This document shows positions 28,067-37,043 of a stretch of DNA of 64,000 nucleotides, piece by piece. Numbering within the stretch: the first letter of the stretch is position 1; each line of letters opens with the position of its first letter. The notes under the pieces are model-generated. The model did no database searches. It was not told the DNA's origin and saw only the letters and a list, made by a program, of their open reading frames with translations. The stretch comes from an uncultured Verrucomicrobiae bacterium (lineage in GTDB: Bacteria > Verrucomicrobiota > Verrucomicrobiia > Chthoniobacterales > JAFAMB01), in NCBI GenBank assembly GCA_963793135.1, contig CAWBYX010000028.1:119886-183885 (forward strand), read 5' to 3'. Position numbers and translations under genes: made by a program.

Positions 28067-29969
28067 GGTTTGGGCACGATGGGGATGGTGTCTGTGAGCC
28101 TTCGTAGACGGAGAGATCGGGCTGCTCGAGTTCGACCTCGAGCAGATCTTGGCGCCTGGTGAGGTGGAGCGGGCCGGGCTGAGGGCTGAAGCGCTCGCGT
28201 TGTTGGAGGATGTTAGCGATATAGTCGCTGCTGAAGGCCTGGAACTCGAAGGAGTCTTCGATGGCGCGAGCGATTTTGTCGCAGCCATGAACCTCACTTA
28301 AAGCCATGATCTTGGCAATGTGTTGACGGGGGTTAAGGCGGTGGATCTTAAGCTGGAGGTAATACTCTTCGGCACGGGGACAGAGGCCAAAGAAGCGCAG
28401 CAGCAGTTTGGCGTCGCGTGCTGCACGGCGCTGATCGAGCAGTTCCTTGCCGTGCTCGGGATCTTCGAAGTCCTGGTGCCGGTCGTAGCTGCGGGTGTGG
28501 GTGGCGATCAGCTTCTCGCCGTGGTAGATGCAGAGCCGATCGGCAAAGGTTTTGAGTAGCAAAGGCTGGGAAGCATAAAGGCTGGGAACCGAATAGCGGT
28601 TGGTATCCAAGACCACACGGAAGCGGCTGCTGGTCGGTACAGTCCGGATGACTCCGGTGTCGGCGGGAAGCGGCGGCAACGCGTTCAAATGCGGCTTTTC
28701 CAGTGCGAAGAGTTCGATCGGTTGTTTGTGCGTTTCCCCGTGAATGCGGACATTGGCAACCGTATCCATCCAGTGGCGTGCAGCAGTGTTCAGTGCGTTC
28801 AAGCCGGGAGGCAGTTGCAGGCCGTCGAGGAAATTTTTCTTTACGTACCCGACACCGGATTCCACACGGCCTTTTTCGTTTGGCCTTCGCACGTTACAAG
28901 CACGCGGCTCGAAGCCGTAGTGTGCTGCAAAGTCCAGGTAGCGCGGATGAAAGAGCGGCCGTTCTCCAGCAGGATGCTTGAGCACAGCGGTCTTAGGATT
29001 GTCGATGAGAATTTTGGTCGGAACGCCGCCGAAAAACTCCAAAGCGTTCTGGTGAGCGGCCAGGAAGTGCTCCGTCGCTTCGCCCAGGGTAAACTCGACA
29101 TAGCACAATCGGCTGTAGCAAAGCACCATGACAAAGAAGGAGAGCCGTCGGCGAGTTGAGCCAATTGCCATCGAGCCGGCGCAGCCCCAATCGACTTGCG
29201 CGCATTCGCCCGGAGCGAACACCAGGGTCAGGAAAGCTGGCGCGCGCACGGGCCGCACTCGACGCACATAGTCTGTGAGGATGGAGATTCCGCCGGTATA
29301 AGCCTGCTCGGCACGCAGTCGTTGGAAGATTTGCGCGGCGCTATACGGATGCTGCTCCAACCAGCGCTGAATGATTGGCTTGTAAGGATCGAGCTTGCTC
29401 TTTCGCCGGGCTCTGAGGTGCTGGCAGTAGGTCTTCTGGCGCGCCCACTTTGCTACCGTCTCTTCATCGAGGTTCAACTCACGGCCGATCTGGGCAAAGC
29501 TTAAACCACGCTCCTTGTAGTAGAGCTGGATTTGACAATAAAGCTCGTAAGAGATCACGGCGAGCGGCTGCTGCTGCGCTCCTCCGGTCTCCAACATCTG
29601 GCGCAAAATCGCGCTGATGGGAAGCGTCTGGCCGGAGCGCGCAACGGGTGGTTCACTGGTCGAGGTCGGTTCCAGGCTCAAGACTTGGTAGAGCGGAGAT
29701 TCGTAAGCAATCAGACCCGCTGCCAGCAAACTGCACCGAGCCTCGCGCAACTGGGCTTCATTGAGCGAGAGCAACCGTGCCGCGGTCTTATCGGAGTAGT
29801 AACTTAAACCCTGCGCATCGGCCACCGTGACCAAGAGCAGGTAAAGCGCCAGCGCTTGAGGACCACACCGGGCGATGTGGCCATCGCGCACCAGCCGTTG
29901 ATCGATCCAACTAAAGCGGTGCGGCACATGGCGCAGCCGTTCCGGACAGAGTACCCGTTTGGTTATCAT
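28059..29969 (-). CDS. istA: IS21-family transposase IstA with a ~125-aa N-terminal winged-helix-like extension.
   Basis: HTH ERGLSFAQIGRELNLDEETVAKWARQ, and a DDE integrase core (..ECAQVDWG..., VLCYSRLCYVEF, ..LIDNPKTAVL.., RRPNEKGRVESGVGYVKKNF). The N-terminal 125 aa (HRFSWIDQRLVRDG..ALALYLLLVTVADAQGLSYYSDKTAARLLSL..GLIAYESPLYQVLSL) are in frame with no stop. Confidence 0.9.
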   Translation of the reverse strand: MITKRVLCPERLRHVPHRFSWIDQRLVRDGHIARCGPQALALYLLLVTVADAQGLSYYSDKTAARLLSLNEAQLREARCSLLAAGLIAYESPLYQVLSLEPTSTSEPPVARSGQTLPISAILRQMLETGGAQQQPLAVISYELYCQIQLYYKERGLSFAQIGRELNLDEETVAKWARQKTYCQHLRARRKSKLDPYKPIIQRWLEQHPYSAAQIFQRLRAEQAYTGGISILTDYVRRVRPVRAPAFLTLVFAPGECAQVDWGCAGSMAIGSTRRRLSFFVMVLCYSRLCYVEFTLGEATEHFLAAHQNALEFFGGVPTKILIDNPKTAVLKHPAGERPLFHPRYLDFAAHYGFEPRACNVRRPNEKGRVESGVGYVKKNFLDGLQLPPGLNALNTAARHWMDTVANVRIHGETHKQPIELFALEKPHLNALPPLPADTGVIRTVPTSSRFRVVLDTNRYSVPSLYASQPLLLKTFADRLCIYHGEKLIATHTRSYDRHQDFEDPEHGKELLDQRRAARDAKLLLRFFGLCPRAEEYYLQLKIHRLNPRQHIAKIMALSEVHGCDKIARAIEDSFEFQAFSSDYIANILQQRERFSPQPGPLHLTRRQDLLEVELEQPDLSVYEGSQTPSPSCPNHD

Positions 29970-30475
29970 CGTGAGAATGCGTCGTTGTGACTCCAGAGCC
30001 TCCTGCCGAGGATGTCCTGGCCTTTGCTTAGCAGCGCCCGGGTGGTCGCCGCGATGTCCTCTTGTAACGCACTACCAGTCATCATGGAGATAAGTCCCAC
30101 CATCACAGCAGGTTGCATCACCAAGACATCTTGTAACGCATCGGAGATCTCTATTCTTTTAACTTCCTCATCCTGAGCTACTTGAGTCGCACAGAGATCT
30201 TGTAACGGTTCTCGGGGTAGAGGGCTCTTTTTGCGCCAGTACCCGGGATTGCGTTTTCGCCACTCTTTGACACGCTGGCTATTTTGCGGCCCGCTGAAGT
30301 AGTTTTGGTTGTCCGGTTTTTGTGCCCAGCGGCGCTGACTTTCCGCTTTGCTCTGTCTGCGACAGGCAGGTTCTGCGCAGTAGCGCTGATGATGCAAATT
30401 GCGTCGATCCGGCAGATAGAACTCCTTGCAATGCTGGCACTTCCGCCGCGCAGAACACTTCATCGGCAAACTCAA
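29966..30475 (-). CDS. IS-associated Cys-rich (putative zinc-ribbon) protein, 169 aa.
   Basis: MSLPMKCSARRKCQHCKEFYLPDRRNLHHQRYCAEPACRR... (C-x4-C-x2-C ... C-x4-C). Its stop overlaps the istA start by 4 nt, and it lies inside the TSD-bounded element. Confidence 0.65.
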   Translation of the reverse strand: MSLPMKCSARRKCQHCKEFYLPDRRNLHHQRYCAEPACRRQSKAESQRRWAQKPDNQNYFSGPQNSQRVKEWRKRNPGYWRKKSPLPREPLQDLCATQVAQDEEVKRIEISDALQDVLVMQPAVMVGLISMMTGSALQEDIAATTRALLSKGQDILGRRLWSHNDAFSR

Positions 30476-30664
30476 GAGTTTGAGTTGCCGCTACTTCAAG
30501 CTCCCTGCCCAAGATCGAAGAAAATTAGCGCCGCGACGGAAGAAAACGGAACAAGACAGAACAAAATGAAGAAAAGTTCTTGCTTGAACCTTTGAAGAAA
30601 ATCCTGCCTTCCCGTATCCGGTTCTTAAACCGGTGAGTTTACCGGACTATTAAATCGGCGCTGA

Positions 30665-30672
30665 GACTGCCA
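30665..30672. repeat. Target-site duplication, right copy (GACTGCCA).
   Basis: Identical to 27196-27203. Confidence 0.85.
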
Positions 30673-31291
30673 GCCATACCTGAGTTCGGTGGGCAGCATC
30701 CAAGTCGTCAGGAGCTCCGGGGCCACCCATTTTTGTCGGTACCCAACCTGGCTCAAGCGCGTTGGAAAAAACGTCAGGCCAGCGACGTGCGACAGCAAAG
30801 GCCAGCAGCACATCGTGGAGTTTGCTATCCGCATAAGCCTGTTGGCCTTGCCATGGTCGCCGCTCCCAAAGGAGGTCCTTCAGACTTGCATCGCCACTCT
30901 GGTGCAGGCCGGAACTCAAATAAACGAGGCGCTTTGGTCTTCGAATGAGCGCGGTCAGAATGTATGGCGCGAGGGTATTGATAGCGAACACGTGAGGTAT
31001 TCCGTCCTTCGACGCGATGCGCCGGGGTTCGCGGTATCCGACGGCCGCATTGTGAATGACCGCGTCAAATGATCCGAGGCGATTAACCTGATCGGCCACG
31101 CTCCGTGTTTCGGCAATCGTCGTCAGATCACCGATCACGACATCCTCTGCCTCGGGCACACTGGAGAGCGCCTCTTTCCCTCGTTGTTCATTTCTAGCAT
31201 GCAGGACCACGCCGTGCCCTTGTTCGACAAGTAGCTGGGCCGCCATTCGGCCGAGCCCATCGGAAGAACCTGTGATGAAAACGCGTGCCAT
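30665..31291 (-). pseudogene. SDR-family oxidoreductase, N-terminal fragment (interrupted by the IS21-family element).
   Basis: MARVFITGSSDGLGRMAAQLL (TGxxxGxG), ..NAAV.., YADSKLHDVLL (YxxxK). The reading frame runs into the IS after ..TQVWLAVS and then hits an IS-encoded stop (SAPI*). Confidence 0.88.
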
Positions 31292-31389
31292 ACTTCGCTC
31301 GGATTTTTCGTTAGGATTTGTCTATGCATCGCGTCCAATCCGTCATTGCGGACGCTGCGCAAAGCCCCAAATTAGCTTAGATCATCCAT

Positions 31390-31819
31390 ATGAACATTAT
31401 TATATAGTACCGAAGTCTCGGCAACCGGTGGCCGTCATGGCCAGATCCGCAGCGAGGACGGGCTTCTTGACATGAAATTGGCCATGCCCCGTCAACTCAG
31501 CGGCAAGGGAGATGCAACGAATCCAGAGACGCTTTTCGCCGGCGGCTATGCCGCCTGCTTCGAGAACGCGCTCCTTCGCGTCAGCCGTGAGGCAGGGCTG
31601 AGATTGGCGGACGAAGACGTCGAAGTCGTTGCTGAAATTGGTCTCAGCCGCAACGAGTCGGGTGGCTTCGTCCTATCCGCCGCGCTCGAGGTCACCGTCA
31701 AAGGAGTGGACCAAAAGAAGGCCGAAGAGCTGGTTGGGTCTGCACACAAAATCTGCCCCTATTCCAATGCCATTCGTGGCAACGTCGACGTTGGCATCAC
31801 CGTTTTGGCCCATCAATAG
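31390..31819 (+). CDS. ohr: Ohr/OsmC-family peroxiredoxin (organic hydroperoxide resistance), with a +1 frameshift after codon 4 (about 31400-31402).
   Basis: The ATG at 31390 gives MNII, then one extra base. The next frame reads YSTEVSATGGRHGQIRSEDGLLDMKLAMPRQLSGKGDATNPETLFAGGYAACFENAL...ICPYSNAIRGN. The in-frame ORF lacks any start codon upstream of the internal M at 31472. Confidence 0.8.
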
Positions 31820-31976
31820 AAAGGCTTATAAACGCAAATCATCAGAAGCATGACATAGTTCTGAATACCGGCGCGAGGGCCTCTTGGTGAAAAGTGGCAC
31901 GGGACGATCGGAAATTTCATCGGAACGTTGCCGGTCCGTATTGACTCCGATTGTCAAGAATCTTACCCTCCGGTTC

Positions 31977-32093
31977 ATGGGTGACAAATCTCCGAAGGCC
32001 ACGCACAAACAGGCGGCGCAGAAACAGAAGGCTAGCGCTGCAAAAAAGAAAACCAACGCTCCCAGCTCAAAGCCGGTTCCAAAGCCCAAGTAG
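31977..32093 (+). CDS. Possible small basic protein (38 aa).
   Basis: MGDKSPKATHKQAAQKQKASAAKKKTNAPSSKPVPKPK. It resembles a class of tiny Lys-rich proteins starting MGDKSPK, which I recall from other bacteria. This is not verified. Confidence 0.3.
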   Translation: MGDKSPKATHKQAAQKQKASAAKKKTNAPSSKPVPKPK

Positions 32094-32254
32094 TCGCGCA
32101 GCAGGGTTTCGCTGTCGAAGTGTGGGCCACCTCCTGTGGGCCTGAGCGAGGAGTCTTTCTCCGGCGAGAGTGTGACTTAGCGATGCGGAGAGGGCGACAG
32201 ACGCTTCGCGCATCCTGAAAGGGCGATCTCGGCGCTATGAAGGGATCATAGCAT

Positions 32255-33799
32255 TCATGCTTTGGCGTTCTCCAACCTTGGAAGGATTGGGGTTGGTTTC
32301 CCAAGCACATGTCCAGACGGCAAGCCGCCCCACTGCAGGGTTCGTAAATGCCCAGCTTGCAGCTGCTGAAGGATTTTCTCACTCGCTGTCGGAATGACCG
32401 GACTGACCATGAGCGCCAGCAGTCTGACGGTCTCTGCCAACGTGTAGAGTACCGCGTCCAATAACTCCGAATGTGCCGGTTCTTTAGCTAGCTTCCAGGG
32501 CGCTTTTTGTTCTACCAAAGAGTTGGCTCTGGTCACCATCTCCCAGGCAGTTTCAAGCGCCACATTCACCTCGAACCGTTCGAAGGCGGCACGGTAACGG
32601 CCGATGACGGAGTGGCCCAGATCGCGCATTGCTTTCAGATCCGGATCGTTTAGCTCGCATGACTCGACACGGCCGTTGCGATAGCGCTGGCTCATACTGA
32701 TGGTTCGATTAACCAGGTTCCCCAGGTCATTGGCCAGATCGCTGTTGTTGCGCTGCACGAGATTCTCTTCGCTAAAATCGGAATCCTGTCCGACGATGTT
32801 ATCCCTCATCAAATAGTAGCGAAGGACATCGGCTCCGTATCTGTCGGCCAAAATAGACGGATCAACGGTGTTTCCGAGGCTCTTGCTCATCTTGGCGCCC
32901 GCCACATTCCACCACCCGTGGACGATCAATCTCGGCATTTGCTCGTCCGAAAAACCCATCGCGTGGAGCATGATCGGCCAATAGATACCGTGGGCTGGAA
33001 CTAGGATGTCTTTTCCTATGACATGCGCCTGGCAGGGCCAGAGCTCGTTGAAATTGGGTAGGCTTGGATCGTTATCGGAAAGATAACCAGCAAAGGAAAT
33101 ATAGTTCAAAAGCGCGTCGAACCAGACAAAGGTGACATAATTCGGGTCGAACGGAAATTCTATGCCCCAGGAAAGCCGCTCCTTTGGCCGTGAGACGCAT
33201 AGATCACCTGAAAGGCGCTCAATCGCGTTGAGCAATTCGGTTCGGCGCCACTGCGGGACTACGAAATCGGGGTGTGTTTCAACGAAGTTTCTGAGCCAGC
33301 CCTTGTGTTTTACGAGAGGGAAATACCAGTTCTCTTCCTCCAGAAGAACGACCTCTCCCCACTCGGATCCAAATTCACCCGCCTCGTTTCTTTCTTTGTC
33401 AGTCAGAAATTGTTCTTGTCGGACGCTGTAATACCCGGAGTACTTTGCCTTAGTCAACTCGCCCTTTTCATGAAGGGACTGCAGAACTCGCTGAACGGTC
33501 CTTTGATGTCTCGGATCAGTTGTTGCTGCCCAGCCGTCGTTTTGAATGCCGAGCTTGTCCCAGAGGGCGAGAAACTTCTCCGTGACCTCTTGCGCAAACT
33601 TCATGGGCTCGATCCCACGCTTTTGAGCCGCCTGCTGAACCTTTTGCCCATGTTGATCGACCCCGGTCAAAAAGAAAGTCGGTCCGTCAAAAGCTCGATG
33701 GTACCTGGCGATAACGTCGGTCAGGATCTTCTCGTAGGCGTGCCCGATGTGCGGCTCGCCGTTTGTATAGTCAATTGCAGTTGTAATGAAGTACTTCAC
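32255..33799 (-). CDS. metG: Methionine--tRNA ligase (short form).
   Basis: Start is the GTG at 33799, giving (M)KYFITTAIDYTNGEPHIGHAYEKILTDV (HIGH motif). KMSKS motif present (GAKMSKSLGN). The ORF-track start at 33919 overlaps the upstream TPR gene. Confidence 0.93.
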   Translation of the reverse strand: MKYFITTAIDYTNGEPHIGHAYEKILTDVIARYHRAFDGPTFFLTGVDQHGQKVQQAAQKRGIEPMKFAQEVTEKFLALWDKLGIQNDGWAATTDPRHQRTVQRVLQSLHEKGELTKAKYSGYYSVRQEQFLTDKERNEAGEFGSEWGEVVLLEEENWYFPLVKHKGWLRNFVETHPDFVVPQWRRTELLNAIERLSGDLCVSRPKERLSWGIEFPFDPNYVTFVWFDALLNYISFAGYLSDNDPSLPNFNELWPCQAHVIGKDILVPAHGIYWPIMLHAMGFSDEQMPRLIVHGWWNVAGAKMSKSLGNTVDPSILADRYGADVLRYYLMRDNIVGQDSDFSEENLVQRNNSDLANDLGNLVNRTISMSQRYRNGRVESCELNDPDLKAMRDLGHSVIGRYRAAFERFEVNVALETAWEMVTRANSLVEQKAPWKLAKEPAHSELLDAVLYTLAETVRLLALMVSPVIPTASEKILQQLQAGHLRTLQWGGLPSGHVLGKPTPILPRLENAKA

Positions 33800-33803
33800 T
33801 CGG

Positions 33804-34181
33804 TCAGTCGCGCACGATTTTGCCACCCCAGGATAAGATGCGAGCCTTTGCTCCCGCTGCCTCTGCCTCTTTGATCTGGCTATTGCGAACGTAGAAGAGC
33901 GAAAGGCTGGACCAGGCAAGTTGGTCGTTTGGCCGAAGCTCGACCGCCTTCTTACCGGCCTCGATTGCCTCGGGGTAGTTCCCGTTTTTCATCAATGTCA
34001 TCCCAAGCGCATGCCATCCGTCGAAGAAGGCCGGAAATTGACCGACGCATTGGCGATATTTTTCGATCGCAGCTGGCAGTTCGCCAATCGCCAGTTCTCC
34101 GTTAGCGTCGTCAAAGAGCTCTTCAATTTCTGCGGGAATGTCGTCCATTCGTTCCTTGTGCGCGAAAATCTCACGGGCCAA
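33804..34181 (-). CDS. TPR-repeat protein (125 aa).
   Basis: TPR-like helices: AIEKYRQCVGQFPAFFDGWHALGMTLMKNGNYPEAIEAGKKAVELRPNDQLAWSSLSLFY. Confidence 0.65.
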   Translation of the reverse strand: MAREIFAHKERMDDIPAEIEELFDDANGELAIGELPAAIEKYRQCVGQFPAFFDGWHALGMTLMKNGNYPEAIEAGKKAVELRPNDQLAWSSLSLFYVRNSQIKEAEAAGAKARILSWGGKIVRD

Positions 34182-34212
34182 AGCACTCGTAAGATTTTCG
34201 CGCTAGATGCTC

Positions 34213-35763
34213 TTATCCGGTTGCTCCATGCCCGAAAAAAGGCGGGCGTCCAGCCTTTTGGAGCTCCACTCTTAGCCACTCCCGGAGGGCAATTTTTTCG
34301 TATTGGCTGTTTTGCTGCACATATTCGGCCTTTTTGAACTCAGCGTATTTTTGTTCGTCGATCGGATCTTTTTTGATCATGTGAATAATCACCGCCGAGC
34401 TCTGATCTTGCAGCAGCTTCGAAGTCTCGTTCGGATTGAGTTCGACTGCGTTCATGGCCATGAACCGGGCGAGATCCTCGCTTTTTCCGGGATCGATCAG
34501 GGCAAACGGTTCTGGAGTCTCAGCCTTGTAGCCCGCGTTCGCGGCCGCTTGCACGAAACTGACTCCTTTTTGCATCTCAGCAGCGATCTTCGCGCTAACT
34601 TCCTTCGCTTTCGCCTGAATGGCCGCTTCAGCTCTTTCTTCTTTAATAGCGGCAATGATCTGGTCTTTTGCTTCCGCCAGCGCAAGCGGTCGACTCGGCA
34701 CGATGTCCGTCAGTTTCATGACATAAAATCCGTCCGTTCCCTCGACGACATCGCTGATCGGACTGTCTTTGGTGAGATTGAACGCCGCTCGCGGCAACGC
34801 CGGAGTCTGAGATAAAGCTTTGTCCGGTTGTTCCAGCGTAAATGGGTCAGTCTCAATCACTGGGAATCCCTTTTCTTTAGCGCTCTCGAAGGTCGACGGA
34901 TTCTGCAATGCGGCTTGCGCGAATGTATCTGCCGCATCCGCCAGTGGTTTCTTGGCCGCCATCTTCTGTTCGTCCGACAGTTTCTTTTGATCGTCGGTCA
35001 GGAGAAACGAGACCAGTTCAATCTTTCTCTTTTCCGGCGACAGGAGGGTATCCTTATGCTGGTCGTAGTACTTCTGTATTTCGGCGTCGGTGACTTGAAC
35101 CGAAGCCTCAAAATCCGAACGATTGAATCGAATGAGTGCCAAAGACATTTTTTGGTTCAGCACCTCGTATTGCTGCTTGAACATGGATTCTGGCAGAGGG
35201 GAACTGTCCTCGACCAACCGGCTGACCCCGGTATATCGCAAATTATCGGCCACCAGGTCATCGAGATCAGCAGCCGTAAACCCGTTCGGCTTCAGCGCTG
35301 CATCGACGAACTGTTGATACTTGGCCGGGTCAAACTGATTATTGGTTTGGAATTGGGGTAATGCCTTCTCGGTATTCCGGATCTGATCGGCGCTGGGTAC
35401 GATCTGGAGGCGTTTGGCTTCGTCACGAAGCAAAAGTAAATTCCACGCGAAGCTCAGAGATTGATCATCGCGAGTCCGGCCTTCCGTCGCCAAGTCTTCC
35501 ACAAAGCCCTGCATACCCAGAGAGAAAACCAATTGCATTGATCGTTCGATTTTCTGAATATCGCCGACGGTGATGGTTCGGCCATTCAGTTTGCCAATGG
35601 CTCCGCCCGGGCCTTCACCGCGGCGCATCGAAGCCGGATTGTAAAACCAGGCAAAGGCGACGATAACGACGATGGTGATGATCGTGAGCAATGTCCGCTG
35701 TCTCTTCCGAATCGCATCCAACATAGGGAGGAGAAAAGTGGATGCGACCCGGCGGATTTTCAA
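34213..35763 (-). CDS. PpiD/SurA-like periplasmic chaperone / peptidyl-prolyl isomerase family protein.
   Basis: N-terminal membrane anchor (MLDAIRKRQRTLLTIITIVVIVAFAWF) and a SurA_N-like region. 516 aa. The start is possibly the Met at 35724. Confidence 0.7.
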   Translation of the reverse strand: MKIRRVASTFLLPMLDAIRKRQRTLLTIITIVVIVAFAWFYNPASMRRGEGPGGAIGKLNGRTITVGDIQKIERSMQLVFSLGMQGFVEDLATEGRTRDDQSLSFAWNLLLLRDEAKRLQIVPSADQIRNTEKALPQFQTNNQFDPAKYQQFVDAALKPNGFTAADLDDLVADNLRYTGVSRLVEDSSPLPESMFKQQYEVLNQKMSLALIRFNRSDFEASVQVTDAEIQKYYDQHKDTLLSPEKRKIELVSFLLTDDQKKLSDEQKMAAKKPLADAADTFAQAALQNPSTFESAKEKGFPVIETDPFTLEQPDKALSQTPALPRAAFNLTKDSPISDVVEGTDGFYVMKLTDIVPSRPLALAEAKDQIIAAIKEERAEAAIQAKAKEVSAKIAAEMQKGVSFVQAAANAGYKAETPEPFALIDPGKSEDLARFMAMNAVELNPNETSKLLQDQSSAVIIHMIKKDPIDEQKYAEFKKAEYVQQNSQYEKIALREWLRVELQKAGRPPFFGHGATG

Positions 35764-35778
35764 TGAGAAAGAGTGGGC

Positions 35779-37043
35779 GGCGTTCGGCGTTCAGCGTTAA
35801 CCCGACGCGGAACTCGCCCTACCTGCCACCCGATGTTCACCGGAGACCATCAAAGATCGATAACGATAACGAGCACGAGGACGAGGACGATTGGGGAAGA
35901 AAGAGGGGCTTAGGTAGGGTGAGGCTCCGTCCGAACCGGGGCTTCCTGGTTGCCCTGCCCTAGGACTTAAGCCCCTCTAAGTCAGCCGCCCTGAGCGAAT
36001 CGGCACGCCTATACCAATTGTCGGTGTCAAGCGCTGCATACACCCGATCGAAGAGCGTCATGTGGGTTAACGTCATAAGGCGGGTAGACGCGGGAAGCCC
36101 CGGTTCGGGCGGAGCCTCACCCTACCTAAACGTCGCGTATCTTCCACCCGAGTTCTGACCGGCGACGATCAAAGATCGATAACGATAACGAGCACGAGCA
36201 CGAGGACGATTGGGGAAGAGAGAGGGGTTTAGGTAGGGTGAGGCTCCGTCCGAACCGGGGCTTCCCGGGTTGCCTTGCCCTACGACTTCGCCCCCTGTAA
36301 GTCAGCCGCCGGAGCGAATCGAAGAATCGGAGCGCCTAATTGCTGAAAGAACCGATGCCGGACGAACGGCCCACGTTGCTGTAGGCAAGTTGCAGCAGGT
36401 ACCAAAATCATCTGACCTGTCCCCAATACCACATGTCCCCAATACGACATACGACGGATCGAAAAGCGTCGTGGGGGTTCACGTCATAAGGCAGGTAGAA
36501 GCGGGAAGCCCCGGTTCGGGCGGAGCCTCACCCTACCTAAACGTCGCGTATCTTCCACCCGGCTTCTGCCCGGGGACGATCAAAGATCGAGAACGATAAC
36601 GAGCACGAGCACGAGGACGATTGGGAAGAGAGAGGGGCTTAGGTAGGGTGAGGCTCCGTCCGAACCGGGGCTTCCCGGGTTGCCCTGCCCTATGACTTCA
36701 CCCCCTATAAGTCAGCCGCCTGAGCGAATCGGAGAATTGGAGCGCCAAATTGTCGAAAGAACCGATGCCAGACGAACGGCCGACGTTGCTGTAGGCAAGT
36801 TGCAGCAGGTACCAAAATCATCTGACCTGCCCTCAATGCGACATACGGCCCGATCGAGAAGCTCGTGTGGGTTCACGTCATGAGGCAGGTAAACGCGGGA
36901 AGCCCCGGTTCGGACGGAGCCTCACCCTACCTAAGCGTCACCTAGCTTCCACCCGGCTTCTGCCCGGCGACGATTAAAGAGCGAGAACGAGGACGAGCAC
37001 GATTGGGGAACAGAGCGAAGGGCGGCGAGCGTCGCACCCTACC
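35779..37043. repeat. Complex ~1.27-kb repeat array of three hairpin-type units, each being a hexamer-periodic motif, a 35-nt arm, a 150-240-nt loop and the inverted arm. Partial units lie at both edges.
   Basis: Forward arms (taggtagggtgaggctccgtccgaaccggggcttcc) are at 35911-35945, 36230-36264 and 36650-36684. Inverted arms (ggaagccccggttcgg[g/a]cggagcctcaccctaccta) are at 36093-36128, 36504-36539 and 36898-36933. The loops of units 2 and 3 are about 90% identical. Confidence 0.9.

Larger units (their letters stand above)
27204..30664 (-). mobile_element. IS21-family insertion sequence, 3,461 bp, three ORFs (Cys-rich ORF, extended IstA, IstB).
   Basis: Bounded by the 8-bp direct repeat GACTGCCA. 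Removing the element restores the SDR ORF. The subterminal repeats contain CGGAT/CCGG cores in inverted orientation at the two ends (aaaatCGGATaaaacc, taaaatCGGATggtgg versus the reverse complement gaacCGGATacggg). The extreme termini are only weakly inverted (TGAGAGCGG versus TCAGCGCCG). Confidence 0.85.

Noticed and set aside
36270-36883. Two paralogous ORFs (36270..36599 and 36680..36883) sharing MPCP.TSPP.SQPPERI..ER.I.ERTDA.RTA.VAVGKLQQVPKSSDL.
   Set aside because: They lie in the homologous loops of hairpin units 2 and 3. The nucleotide differences between the copies are mostly non-synonymous and the reading frames diverge after ~50 codons. The starts are non-ATG. I treat them as non-coding repeat sequence. 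A structured-RNA role is not excluded.
35779-37043. Possible CRISPR array, given the regularly spaced repeats.
   Set aside because: The repeats occur as inverted pairs rather than direct repeats. The sequences between them are homologous to each other. The spacing is irregular (about 320, 420 and 395 bp). No cas genes are present in the window.
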